The position numbers and the translations under genes are program-made. Positions 12,164 to 23,215 of a stretch of DNA of 64,000 nucleotides are shown here, piece after piece. The notes beneath the pieces were generated by a model. It searched no databases, was not told the DNA's origin, and saw nothing but the letters and a program-made list of their open reading frames with translations. How positions within the stretch are numbered: position 1 is the first letter of the stretch; the number at the start of each line of letters is the position of its first letter. This stretch comes from Polyangiaceae bacterium (GTDB lineage: Bacteria; Myxococcota_A; Polyangia; Polyangiales; Polyangiaceae), in the NCBI GenBank assembly GCA_035063585.1, contig JAPSGB010000003.1:352001-416000 (forward strand), read 5' to 3'.

Positions 12164-13711
12164 TCAGAACATCACGGTGGCGTTCAACCAAGCGTCGAAC
12201 GCGTGCGAATCATCGACCTTGAACCGACGGCCCGGGACGTTGATGGCGGCGCGGTAGTTCGGGTTCGGGATGCCGGTGGCCCGCTGCCGCGTGCCAGAGA
12301 TGCTCTTGCATGAGCCGGCCTTCTGGAGGCTGCCGTTGAACTCCGGGTTGCAGGCCTGGTCGAAGCTGATGAAGTGCGACTGGACGAGCGTGTAGCCGCC
12401 GCCCAGGTTGAATTTCACGTACTCGCCCGCTTGCCAGGTAAACTGCGCGCTCAGGTTGTAGACGCCGTGCTGCTGCACGTCGGTGAGCCCGGTGAAGTAC
12501 ACCTTCTGGGAGTTCGGGTTGACGACCGACGGGGTCTGCCCTTGCGTGCCGGCGTCCGGGTTTGGCTGATACTCGGCGAAGTTCGCGCTGCGGATGCTCG
12601 GCGCGTCGCTCGAGCCGAGCGCGTCGAAGAGCTCGGAGTAGTCGCGCCCCTCGGACACGTAGGTCCCGGTCAAACGAAAATCGAAGCTGATGCGCTGGAA
12701 CTGGTCGCGGACCTCCCAGGGGATCACGCTCATGCCCATGATGATCGACCCGCGGAGCGGCGGGTGATTCACGAGCGAGCCCTTCAGGCTGGTCCCTCCG
12801 TAGTCGCTCGAGTTGCTCTGGAACTCGAAGAGCGCGCGGAAGCCGCCGTACGGCTCGATGTACTTGATCCGCTTGGAGAGGAAGGTGTGCGCCTCGAGCC
12901 CGGTGGTTCCGCGGCTGACGCCGGGCTTGCGCGCGCCGGAGAACGTCCCCTCGAGGTTGCCGGCGTTCGGAGTGTTGTAGATGGACTCCCCCGACACGCC
13001 GTTCCGGTTGATGTCCGAGGGGTACGCGCAGTCGACCTGCTTGCCCGGCTGGTTCAGCGGCTTCGGGCTCGCGTTGCAGGCGTGCATCGGCTCGGAGACG
13101 TCGAACCGCCCCTCTACACCGATCACCCAGGTGGGTTTGGTCCGGTCGCGGTACTGATCCATCACCCCCACGTCGAGCCCGACCGCGAAGTACTCGATTC
13201 CGCTTCGGGTCGGAGAGTTGAACGGCAACCGGAAGAGCTGTTCGCCCGGCGCGCCCTCGAGCACCACGCTCTGGCGCTTGTCGCTGCCGTCGACGCCCTC
13301 GATCTTCCGGTCGTCGGACAGGATGATCGGCATCCGCAGCACGAGCGCGACGTTCTTGTAGATCCCGATGTCCGCGCGGGTGTTCAGCCGGCTCGTCGAC
13401 TGGCTGTACGTCCCGATGTTCATCGTGTCGTTGATGAACCCGCCGCCCGACAGCCCCGGCTGCGCGATGAACGTCTCTCGACGGATGGTCGCGCTCGACC
13501 AGGTCTGCTGATAGCCGAGCGTGAGGTTGAGATCGAACGGATCGGTGTCGTCGAAGGCGTCGACGACCTGGGTGATCTCGGCCGGCTCGCTCAAGATGGT
13601 CGGCTCCGACACCTTGCGCGGCTCGTCCGCGAGCGCAGAAGTGCCCATGCCTAAGATGGCGGTCGCAATCGCGACGCCAAAACCCAGCCGCAGCGCGTCA
13701 GAACTATCCAT
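12164..13711 (-). CDS. Putative outer-membrane beta-barrel protein
   Basis: Signal peptide ending ALA, alternating amphipathic strands, C-terminal AWLNATVMF (terminal Phe). The start is uncertain. Confidence 0.65.
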   Translation of the reverse strand: MDSSDALRLGFGVAIATAILGMGTSALADEPRKVSEPTILSEPAEITQVVDAFDDTDPFDLNLTLGYQQTWSSATIRRETFIAQPGLSGGGFINDTMNIGTYSQSTSRLNTRADIGIYKNVALVLRMPIILSDDRKIEGVDGSDKRQSVVLEGAPGEQLFRLPFNSPTRSGIEYFAVGLDVGVMDQYRDRTKPTWVIGVEGRFDVSEPMHACNASPKPLNQPGKQVDCAYPSDINRNGVSGESIYNTPNAGNLEGTFSGARKPGVSRGTTGLEAHTFLSKRIKYIEPYGGFRALFEFQSNSSDYGGTSLKGSLVNHPPLRGSIIMGMSVIPWEVRDQFQRISFDFRLTGTYVSEGRDYSELFDALGSSDAPSIRSANFAEYQPNPDAGTQGQTPSVVNPNSQKVYFTGLTDVQQHGVYNLSAQFTWQAGEYVKFNLGGGYTLVQSHFISFDQACNPEFNGSLQKAGSCKSISGTRQRATGIPNPNYRAAINVPGRRFKVDDSHAFDAWLNATVMF

Positions 13712-13786
13712 GCGTTGGTGGCCCACTCGACGTCGCCCGTCGTCAGCGGACGCTAGCGGCGACCGGGCGGAACTGTCAACGGGCCA

Positions 13787-14698
13787 TCACCTCGGGGGCA
13801 CCGGAACCTGCCGCCAGAGGCGGTCGGCGGCTTCGAGCTCGGCCCACTCGGCCCTCCGTTTCTCGGGGTCGGGGGTGAGGCCGAGGGCCGCCCCGGCCAC
13901 CGCGCAGAGCCGCCGGGCCGCCTCGCGCGCCCGGACGTGCCGCGCGGCGCGGTCGCCGAGCGCGCCCGCGTCGGCCTCCTCCGGCGGGGGCGCGAGGACC
14001 TCCCGCCCACGCGCCTGGGCCTCGCGCGCGGCGGCCTGGCAGTCCTCGAGGGCGCTCGCCGCCGCGCGGGGCCTGGCCACCACGCTCGCCCGGCCGCCTG
14101 CCTCGAGGTGCGCGGGGCCGGTGCGGACCGCGCCCCCGGCCGGCTCGAGCCAGGCGTCCCCGGAGCGGACCCGCGCCTCGACCTTCATCGGCTCGACGCG
14201 CAGCTCGAGCTGGGCCTCCCCGTAGGTGAGCGTCGCGATGGGCGTCGCCACGAGCACCTCGGCGCCCGGCCGCGCGCCGCGCCCGGCCGCGGTGGTGAGC
14301 CGGCCGCGAGTGAGCCGCACCTGCTCCTCGCCTCCCGAACAGAGGGTGGCGGTCGCGGGGCCCGTCAGGGTGAGCTCGCGGGCGCTGTCGGCGTGCCGCA
14401 CGGTGAGGCGCGCGCCGTCGGCGAGCTCCACCCAGCTCCGTCCGTCGAGCGGCGCCCCCTCGGCGAGCGCCGCGCCGCCGTGCATGGTCACCGCCCCGCT
14501 CACCGAGAGCGCGCGGCAGCGCGCGCCGAGCGTTCGCGGCGGTGCCGCCGCGCGCGGGGGCGGAGGGGCGGAGGGCCGGGGCGTCGCGGCCGGCGTCGCG
14601 CTCGCGGCGCCATCGGACGCCTCGGGGCTCGGCGGCGCCGGGCACCCGGACGCGCCGAGCGCGAGCGCGGCGGCGACGGCGAGACGAAGCGCGCTCAA
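13787..14698 (-). CDS. FecR-like domain lipoprotein
   Basis: LGASGC lipobox, Pro/Ala linker, and a beta-rich domain (VRLTRG...VATP...VRSGDAW) resembling FecR. Confidence 0.55.
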   Translation of the reverse strand: MSALRLAVAAALALGASGCPAPPSPEASDGAASATPAATPRPSAPPPPRAAAPPRTLGARCRALSVSGAVTMHGGAALAEGAPLDGRSWVELADGARLTVRHADSARELTLTGPATATLCSGGEEQVRLTRGRLTTAAGRGARPGAEVLVATPIATLTYGEAQLELRVEPMKVEARVRSGDAWLEPAGGAVRTGPAHLEAGGRASVVARPRAAASALEDCQAAAREAQARGREVLAPPPEEADAGALGDRAARHVRAREAARRLCAVAGAALGLTPDPEKRRAEWAELEAADRLWRQVPVPPR

Positions 14699-16053
14699 GA
14701 CGGCTTTTCGAGCGAGGGGGGAGGTGGCGGTAAGACGAGGGTCGTGCGGTCGTCGTCGTCGTCGTCGAAGATCTCGCTCGTGATGTCTTCCATCGCGAGC
14801 TCCTCCTTCGCGTTACCGAGCTCGCGGCTGGTGGTGGCGAGCCGTTCGGCGAGGACCCCGGTGAAGGCCCAGAGGAGCTTCACCGCGAGCTGGTGCTCGG
14901 TGCGCAGGATCTCGAAGAAATCTCGGCGCCGGAGCACCATGATCTCGCTCGCCTCGGCGGCGAGCACGGTGGCCGAGCGCGGCTGGCTCCGGATGAGCGC
15001 CATCTCGCCGACGTGCTGACCCGCGGCGAGCGTGGCGATCTCGGCGTCGTGACGCATCACCTTCACCGAGCCGGTGAGCACGATGAAGAGCTCCTCGCCC
15101 TTCTCGCCCTCGCGGATCACGGTATCCCCGGCCGGGTAGGCCATCACCTCGGTCACCTGCAGGACGCGCAGGAGCTCGCGCTCGTTCAGCGCGCGGAAGA
15201 GCGGCATGCGCGCGAGCGTCTGCCGCTCGAGCTTGAGGCGCTTGGCGCGCTTCTCGTCGCGGCTCGCGGCGTCACCGACCGTGACGATCACCGCGGTGAT
15301 GTTGTCCTTGCCGCCCTGCGCGTTGGCGTGGTCGATGAGCCGCTGGACCGCCGCGTTTGCGTCCGGCAGGAGCAGCTGGCGGCCGAGCCCCTCGAGATCC
15401 TCTTCGAAGTAGCCGCTGAGGCCGTCCGAGCAGAGGAGGAAGCGATCCCCCGCGATGACATCGATGATGAGCGACTCGGGCTCCGCGTGCTCGTAGACGC
15501 CGACCGCGCGGGTGATGGCGTTCTTCGGCGCGAGCTTCTCGATCTGCTCGCGCGGCAGCTTCCTCCGCTTGATGAGCTCGTTATAGACGTTGTGATCTTC
15601 GGTCACCTGCTGGAGGGTGCCGTCGCGGAGGAGGTAGATGCGGCTGTCGCCGACCCACACGATGAAGGCCTGGTTGCCGAGCACCAGCACCGCCACGAGC
15701 GTGGTGCCCATGCCGCGCTTGCTCGGATCCTTGGTCGCCTCGGCGTGGACGCGGCTCGAGGCGTGGTTCACCGCGAACTCGAGCAGGTTCGTCACGTCGC
15801 GCCGGGTGACCTTGCCGGCGCCGCGCGTGCCGTCGAGGAAGTCCTTCAGCATCTCGTGTTCGCGCTTGAGCTCCTCGTGCACGACCCGCACCGCGATGGC
15901 GCTCGCGACCTCGCCGGCCGCGTGGCCGCCCATGCCGTCGCACACCATGAAGAGCCCGAGCTTCTTGTCGACGAGGTAGTTGTCCTCGTTGTGCTCGCGC
16001 TGCTTGCCGACATCGGTCAGCGCTGCGAACTCGACGGCCAGGTCAGCGCTCAT
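14695..16053 (-). CDS. PP2C-family Ser/Thr phosphatase fused to a C-terminal cyclic-nucleotide-binding domain
   Basis: TDVGKQREHNED, CDGMGGH, GMGTT, VGDSR, LLCSDGL and GGKDNIT; cNMP cassette GEMALIRSQPRSATV. Confidence 0.92.
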   Translation of the reverse strand: MSADLAVEFAALTDVGKQREHNEDNYLVDKKLGLFMVCDGMGGHAAGEVASAIAVRVVHEELKREHEMLKDFLDGTRGAGKVTRRDVTNLLEFAVNHASSRVHAEATKDPSKRGMGTTLVAVLVLGNQAFIVWVGDSRIYLLRDGTLQQVTEDHNVYNELIKRRKLPREQIEKLAPKNAITRAVGVYEHAEPESLIIDVIAGDRFLLCSDGLSGYFEEDLEGLGRQLLLPDANAAVQRLIDHANAQGGKDNITAVIVTVGDAASRDEKRAKRLKLERQTLARMPLFRALNERELLRVLQVTEVMAYPAGDTVIREGEKGEELFIVLTGSVKVMRHDAEIATLAAGQHVGEMALIRSQPRSATVLAAEASEIMVLRRRDFFEILRTEHQLAVKLLWAFTGVLAERLATTSRELGNAKEELAMEDITSEIFDDDDDDRTTLVLPPPPPSLEKPS

Positions 16054-16173
16054 CGGACGAAGTCCCTCATCTTTTCCGGCGCAGGATAGCGACAACGGAT
16101 CTCGGGCGCTACCGTTCGCGAGCCCCCCTCCGCCCGGGCGCGCGGCCGGGCGCCCCGCCGGGGGGAGCCCTCC

Positions 16174-16857
16174 TCAGGCCCCGAGCTCCGAGTCGAACAG
16201 CGACGCGCCGCCGCCCCGCGCGACGACCACGTGATCGAGCAGCGCGACCCCGACGGCCTCGCACGCCTCGGCGAGCGCGCGGGTCATGCGGACATCCTCC
16301 GGGCTCGGGGTCGGATCGCCGCTCGGGTGGTTGTGGACGAGCACGATCGCGCTCGCGCCGTCGCGCAGCGCCGGGCGGAGGACGTCGCGCGGCCCGAGCG
16401 CGCAGCCGTGCAGCCCGCCCTGCGCCACGCGGCGCGCGCTCTTCAGCCCGTTTCTGCCGTCGAGACCGAGCAGCCACACCTCCTCGTGCTCGAGCGTCGA
16501 GAGCCGGGGCTCCGCCCAGCGGAGCACCGCCTCGAACGAGCCGAGTATCGGGCGCTGGTCCGAGCAGAGCGCGAGGAGCGAGCGCCGCCCGAGCTCGAGC
16601 GCCGCGGCGACCCGGACCGCCTCGGCGACGCCGAGCTCGCGCCGCTCCGAGAGCCCGAGCGCGCCGAGACGCGTCAGGCCGGTGAGGCCGCCCGCCTCGT
16701 CGAGCAAGCGGCGCCCGCGCGAGAGCGCCGAGCCAGCAGCGCGCGGGGCGATGATGAGCAGCGCGACGAGCTCGGCGTCGTCGAGCGCGTCGATCCCTTG
16801 GGCGAGCGCGCGGCGACGAAGCTCGGGCGCGGAGCGAGAGGAGCTGGCCGGTGACAT
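16174..16857 (-). CDS. radC: RadC (JAB-domain) protein
   Basis: ALDDAELVALL N-terminus, AALELGRR, HNHPSGDPTPSPED and LLDHVVV. Confidence 0.92.
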   Translation of the reverse strand: MSPASSSRSAPELRRRALAQGIDALDDAELVALLIIAPRAAGSALSRGRRLLDEAGGLTGLTRLGALGLSERRELGVAEAVRVAAALELGRRSLLALCSDQRPILGSFEAVLRWAEPRLSTLEHEEVWLLGLDGRNGLKSARRVAQGGLHGCALGPRDVLRPALRDGASAIVLVHNHPSGDPTPSPEDVRMTRALAEACEAVGVALLDHVVVARGGGASLFDSELGA

Positions 16858-16961
16858 CGTCGAGCCATCGAGCACGATCCGTGCCCGCGCCGAACCGACA
16901 AAAACCCAGCGGACCGCAGCGCGCCGAGGTGGCGGTCCGCCGAGCCCGCCGGCGGCCGCCG

Positions 16962-17723
16962 CTACTCGACCCGCTGCGGCTCGCCGCGCGGCAAGAGGGT
17001 GAGGAAGTGGGCGAGCGCGGCCTCGACGGCGGCGGCGTCCCGCGCGTCGAAGGTGAGCTTGGTCTTGTAGTCTCGGTCGAACCACTTGGGATAGGACCCG
17101 ACCTCGACCTCCGGGTGCGCCGACACCACGCGGTCGAGGAGCGGCTTGAGCTCGCCCTCATCCATCTGGGTGAAGACGGCGCGCGAGACGAAGGGCTCCG
17201 GTCCGCGGAGCGCGGAGCGCACCACCGCCAGCTTCATGCGGAAGATCTCGGGCACGCCGGGCAGGACCCACACGTTCCGCATCACCACCGTGGGCCAGAG
17301 GATGTCGGGGGTGGTGGCGAGGCGCGCGCCCTCGGGCACCAGCGCCATGCGGAGGTGTCCCTCGGTGATGCGCTCGCCGTAGGCGCCGCGGAGGAGCGCT
17401 TCCATGGTCGGCTCGACCCTCGCCTCCACACCGAAGCCGCGCGCCACGCCCTCGAGCGTGATGTCGTCGTGGGTTGGGCCGATGCCGCCGCTCGTGAACA
17501 CCACGCCGTACCGCTCGCTGAGCGCGCGGACCTCGGCGGCGATGAGCTCGAGGTCGTCGGGCACCATCACCACACGCGCGAGCTGGATGCCGAGCGCGCG
17601 CAGCGTCCGCGCGAGCTCGACCAGGTTGCTCTCGTGGATCTTCCCGCTGAGGAGCTCGTTGCCGATGAGGAGCGCAGCGGCGGTGTCGACCACCTCGACC
17701 GGCAACCTGTGGGGGCGCGCCAC
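16962..17723 (-). CDS. Molybdopterin-binding/CinA N-terminal family protein
   Basis: IGNELLSGKIHESN, TSGGIGPTHDDIT, LPGVP and GSYP. Confidence 0.88.
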   Translation of the reverse strand: MARPHRLPVEVVDTAAALLIGNELLSGKIHESNLVELARTLRALGIQLARVVMVPDDLELIAAEVRALSERYGVVFTSGGIGPTHDDITLEGVARGFGVEARVEPTMEALLRGAYGERITEGHLRMALVPEGARLATTPDILWPTVVMRNVWVLPGVPEIFRMKLAVVRSALRGPEPFVSRAVFTQMDEGELKPLLDRVVSAHPEVEVGSYPKWFDRDYKTKLTFDARDAAAVEAALAHFLTLLPRGEPQRVE

Positions 17724-17735
17724 CGTGCTCCTCCT

Positions 17736-18017
17736 CTAGTCCGAGGCGAGCTCGCGGACCACCGGCTCGCCGTCCTCGTCGATGCCGAGCAGCTCCTCCA
17801 CGCGCTGCTCCGCCGCGTCGAGGCGCGCCTGAGAGGCGCGCGCGAGCCGCACGCCTTCCTCGAACAGCTCGAGCGACTCCTCGAGGGGGAGCTCTCCGCC
17901 CTCGAGCCGCTCGACGATCTTGCCGAGCCGCTGCACGACGTCCTCGAACGATCGCTCGCTCGCCTCTCCCGCGGGCGCGTTCGCCGCGGCCTTGACTCCC
18001 GTCTTCGGCTTGCTCAT
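17736..18017 (-). CDS. xseB: Exodeoxyribonuclease VII small subunit
   Basis: SFEDVVQRLGKIVERLEGGELPLEESLELFEEGVRL...AEQRV; SD AGAGGAG lies downstream, before the next gene. Confidence 0.95.
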   Translation of the reverse strand: MSKPKTGVKAAANAPAGEASERSFEDVVQRLGKIVERLEGGELPLEESLELFEEGVRLARASQARLDAAEQRVEELLGIDEDGEPVVRELASD

Positions 18018-19864
18018 CGGCTCCGCGCCGGAGCGTGTTCGCGGTCGTCGCGGGGCGCAAGTCTCACCTCGAATGGGCCGGGGGGCAGCCCGGTCACGAC
18101 GAGCAGGCCGTCCGAGTCGGCGCGCGCGGCGCGCGGAGGACCGGAGGCGGGGAACACCAGCGCGCGCCGGCCGGCGACCGCTCTCGGCGGTCCCTCCACG
18201 ACCAGCCAGGCGACCCCGCGTCCGTCGAGCGGAGGCGCGACCCGCGGACCGAGCGCTCGCCGCGCCGCCTCGCGCACCGCCGCCTCGCCGTCGAGCGCCG
18301 CGGCGAGCGCGAGCGTGCGCTGGCCTGCGCCGCGGCTCCCGAGCGAGGTCACGAGCGCGCGTCGCACGAGCGGGTCGGTCTCGAAGCGGTAGGCGTCCTC
18401 GAGCAGCCCGGTGGCGTCGGGGCGCGCGCTCGCGGCGAGCCCGAGCGCCGTCGCGCGCCGCACCATCACGTCACCGCTCGCGAGCAGCTCGCTCACGCGC
18501 TCGCGGACGGTCGCGTCGTCGCGCACGGCGAGCGCATACGCGTAGATCGGGGCGCGGAGCTCGTCCTCCTCGACGCCGGCGAGCAGCGCGCGGGTCGGGA
18601 GCGTGTCCGCGACCGCATCGGATGCGGGCGGGGGCGCGAGCGCCTCCCGGAAGCCGGCGACCTGCTCGCCGAGCACCAGCGCTCGGACCTCGGCGGCGCG
18701 CGCCGCGAGCCGCCTGGACGCCGGCCTCGCGAGCGCACGCGCGAGCGCGCGCGCGGCCGCCTCGCCCGGGCAGAGCGCGAGGGCATACGCGGCGAACGGC
18801 GCGCGGTCTGCGCGCGCGAGCTCTCGCTCGAGCACCGCCGCCGCGCGCTCGCCGCCCGTCCGACCGAGCGCGGCGAGCAGCGCCGGCACCTGCTCGCGCG
18901 GCGCGCGCGCGAGCTCACGCTCGAGGACCGGCAGTAGCGCCGGTTCGGACGCGGCCTCCGCGAGCGCGAGCCCGTCGCTCGCGGTCGCCGGATCGCCGAT
19001 GAGGGCGGCGATGGCCGTGCTCGCACCGGGCGCGCGCGCGAGGGAGAGGATGCGCGCGCCGGCCACGCGGAGCGCGGCCGGTCCGGGTCCCTCGGCCCAG
19101 CGCTCCGCGAGCGCGACCGTCTCGTAGTCGCCGAGCCGCGTGAGCGCGAGCGCCGCGGCGGCGCGGACCTCGGGCGAGCCGCGGCGCACCATGCCGCGCA
19201 GCGCCTCGAAGGCGCGCTGATCGCCGAGCTCGCCGAGCAGGCGCGCGAGCGTCGGGCTCGGCAGTCCGCGCGCGGCGAGCAGCGGCGCGAGCGTGCGAGG
19301 GGGGTGCGCGAGGATCGCGTCGGCAGCCGCCTCGGCGGACGGGCCCTCCAGGCGCACCGCCTGGCCGAGGGCGGCGAGCGCGGCGGAGGTGCCGGAGCGT
19401 GCGAGCGCGAGCGCCGCGCTCCGCCGCGTGAGCGCCTCGAGCGGGCCCGCGCTCGGCCCGGTCCCGCCCGCACCGCTCGTGAGCCGCACGAGCGCGCGTC
19501 GGACCACGTCGTGGCGCGCGTGCGGAGCGAGCGCGCGCACGGCGACCAGGCGGTCCTCCGCGGTGCGGGCCGCGCCGCCAGGCTCGAGCGCCTCGACCAA
19601 GAGCGTGAGCGCGCGCGGGCTGCCGTCGGCGCCGAGCCGCTCGAGCGCGCGCTGGCGGTCCGCGGCCCGCTCACTCGACGCGAGGCGCGCCGCGACCTCG
19701 AGCGCGAGCCGGCCCTTCAGCGAGCCGCGCGGCTCGGACGAGCCGGCGCTCGCGCGCCCGCCGATCCCCGGCGGCGGCGCGAACGGACCCGGCTGCCCGC
19801 GCGCAGCGGGCGCGGCGCCGAGCAGCGCCGCGCCGGTGAGCGCCGCGAGCGCTCGGCGGCTCAC
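18014..19864 (-). CDS. Secreted HEAT-repeat protein
   Basis: The GTG start overlaps the upstream stop; signal peptide; repeated EVRAAAALAL/VRRATALGL/VRRALVTSL helices. Confidence 0.7.
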   Translation of the reverse strand: MSRRALAALTGAALLGAAPAARGQPGPFAPPPGIGGRASAGSSEPRGSLKGRLALEVAARLASSERAADRQRALERLGADGSPRALTLLVEALEPGGAARTAEDRLVAVRALAPHARHDVVRRALVRLTSGAGGTGPSAGPLEALTRRSAALALARSGTSAALAALGQAVRLEGPSAEAAADAILAHPPRTLAPLLAARGLPSPTLARLLGELGDQRAFEALRGMVRRGSPEVRAAAALALTRLGDYETVALAERWAEGPGPAALRVAGARILSLARAPGASTAIAALIGDPATASDGLALAEAASEPALLPVLERELARAPREQVPALLAALGRTGGERAAAVLERELARADRAPFAAYALALCPGEAAARALARALARPASRRLAARAAEVRALVLGEQVAGFREALAPPPASDAVADTLPTRALLAGVEEDELRAPIYAYALAVRDDATVRERVSELLASGDVMVRRATALGLAASARPDATGLLEDAYRFETDPLVRRALVTSLGSRGAGQRTLALAAALDGEAAVREAARRALGPRVAPPLDGRGVAWLVVEGPPRAVAGRRALVFPASGPPRAARADSDGLLVVTGLPPGPFEVRLAPRDDREHAPARSR

Positions 19865-21837
19865 TGCCCAGGCTTCGGGGGCGGGGGCGGGGGGAGCGGG
19901 GCGACCGGGCGCGGCACGGGCGTCGGCAGGCGCAGGAGCCCGGGCGGAGGCGTCGAGATCTCGACGCCGATCCCGCTGGCAGCCGCCCCGGGCACGTCCT
20001 TCACCGCCGCCCAGCCGACCGACTCCGCCGCCTCGGAGCGGCGCGTGTAGCTCTCGAGCGCGATGATGAGCGTGAGCGACTTGGTGAGCGCTTCCTGCTC
20101 GGCCTCGGCGGTCGCGGCGGTTGGGCGCACTCCCACCATCATCGTCCAGGATCGATGTTGATTCAGGACTTGGGCCATGGCGCGGAGCGTCGGCCCGCTC
20201 GCCGGCGCGAGCTCCACCGCGCCTCCCTTCACGGTGAAGCGCGGCGGCTGCCGGAAGCGGATCGAGCGCTCCGGGCCCTTCACCTCGACCTCCACGAGCG
20301 GCCTGGCCGCGCCCGCCCGATCGCTGTCGGGGCAGCCGTCGTCGTCTTCGAAGCCGTTGAAATCCTCCGGCCGATCCGGGCACTCGTCGACCGCGTCGTC
20401 GAAGGTGTCGCCGTCCTGGTCCGGGCTCGGGCAGCCGTTCAACGCCGGGTCGGAGAAGCGCCAGCCACGGACGTTCGGGCAGGCGTCCTCGCCGTCCGGC
20501 ACCCCGTCCTCGTCATTGTCGGGGTCGGGGCACCCGTCCGTGTCCTCGAAGCCGTCCCGGTCCTCGGGTTGGTTCGGACACTTGTCGACGTCATCCATGA
20601 CCCCGTCGCCGTCGCTGTCCTTCACGGGGCAGCCGTTGCGCTTCGGGTTCGCGCTCTTCGGACCCGCCTCGTCCGGGCAGGCGTCCTCGCCGTCCGGCAC
20701 CCCATCCCGATCATTGTCCGGATCGGGGCAGCCGTCGTCGTCCTCGAAGCCGTCCTCGTCCTCCGGCACGGTCGGACACTGGTCGTCGGGGTCGGGCACG
20801 CCGTCGTCGTCGTTGTCGAAGTCGGGGCAGCCGTCCCGGTCCTCGAAGCCGTCCCGGTCCTCGGCGAGCTCCGCGCACTCGTCGAGATCGTCGGCGATGC
20901 CGTCGCCGTCCTGGTCGTAGAAGCGCGGCGCCCACCCGACGCCGAGGACGCCGCGCACGAGCGGTACCCCGACCGCGGAGTCGAGCGGCGCCTCCACGCC
21001 GGCGGTGAGCGCCACGTCCCCGACGCCGTAGCGCGCCGACGCGCCGACCATCGCCGGCGACTGGGCGCCCGACGCGAACCTCGGGGTGATGGCGACCGCG
21101 CCGTGGGTCTCGAGCGTCCACGCCCAGCGCCCTTGGTCGTCGAGGCCGAGCGCGCGGGGATGGAGCGTGACGCCCGCGGCCCACGGCAGCGAGTGCCCGA
21201 AGTCCTCTCCGACGTAGGTCCGCTCGGCGCCGCGCACTCGTGCCCCCGCGCTGGCGCGGACGTCGAGCACGATGAGGCGGAGCTCGCCGAGCAAGCGGAG
21301 CTCGCCGACCGGTGTCCCGTCGGAGGCGTAGCTCGCGCGGTCGCCGATCGGTGCCGAGACGCGGCCGAGCGCCGCCAGCCCGAAGCCGCCGAGCTCGCCT
21401 GGGGGCACCAGGGTGGCCTTGGCGCCGAAGGTGGCGTCGCCGAGCGCGGTCGCCGGCAGCGCGCCGGCGCCGATGGCGGTCGCCGCGTCCCCCGACTGGT
21501 AGAGCACGGTCGGGAGCTGCAGGCCGACCGCGAGCCGATCCCCGATGCCGAGGCCGAGCAGGTAGTCGAGCGAGAGCTGGTTCTCGACCGGGACGGCGAC
21601 CGTGTTGCCCGCGTCGTCGCGGATGACGATCAGGCGATGCTCGTAGGAGAACCACGCGCCGGCGTTCCACGCGCCCGGGCCGGGCGTGCGGCTCGGCTCG
21701 AGATAGAGGGACCCCTCGGGATCGGTCGGCGGGTGAAAATCGCGAAGATCGAGCGACGGCACCGGCTGGGCCCGGGCGAGCCCTGCCAGCAGCACGACGG
21801 ACGACGCGCCCGCCGCGAGCCATCGGCGCATGTGCAT
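19861..21837 (-). CDS. Outer-membrane protein with thrombospondin type-3 repeats and degenerate OmpA-like C-terminus
   Basis: Signal peptide, beta-barrel-like N-terminus, many D-x-D-G-x-x-D-x-x-D-x-C-P / EDxDGFEDxDGCPD repeats and an OmpA-like tail. Confidence 0.85.
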   Translation of the reverse strand: MHMRRWLAAGASSVVLLAGLARAQPVPSLDLRDFHPPTDPEGSLYLEPSRTPGPGAWNAGAWFSYEHRLIVIRDDAGNTVAVPVENQLSLDYLLGLGIGDRLAVGLQLPTVLYQSGDAATAIGAGALPATALGDATFGAKATLVPPGELGGFGLAALGRVSAPIGDRASYASDGTPVGELRLLGELRLIVLDVRASAGARVRGAERTYVGEDFGHSLPWAAGVTLHPRALGLDDQGRWAWTLETHGAVAITPRFASGAQSPAMVGASARYGVGDVALTAGVEAPLDSAVGVPLVRGVLGVGWAPRFYDQDGDGIADDLDECAELAEDRDGFEDRDGCPDFDNDDDGVPDPDDQCPTVPEDEDGFEDDDGCPDPDNDRDGVPDGEDACPDEAGPKSANPKRNGCPVKDSDGDGVMDDVDKCPNQPEDRDGFEDTDGCPDPDNDEDGVPDGEDACPNVRGWRFSDPALNGCPSPDQDGDTFDDAVDECPDRPEDFNGFEDDDGCPDSDRAGAARPLVEVEVKGPERSIRFRQPPRFTVKGGAVELAPASGPTLRAMAQVLNQHRSWTMMVGVRPTAATAEAEQEALTKSLTLIIALESYTRRSEAAESVGWAAVKDVPGAAASGIGVEISTPPPGLLRLPTPVPRPVAPLPPPPPPKPGQ

Positions 21838-21940
21838 GGAACGAGAGGTTAGTGTGATGGCGCGAGAAGATTGAGAAAAAAATGCTCGCCGCTCGGGGTT
21901 TCTTGCCTGGGCGGCGCGGTCGCCGCATGGTTCGCCCCGC

Positions 21941-23211
<1,271 letters not shown>

Positions 23212-23215
<4 letters not shown>

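Noticed and set aside
16174..16857. radC as a marker of a mobile element
   Set aside because: It is the full-length chromosomal type in a housekeeping context, with no integrase, transposase or compositional shift.
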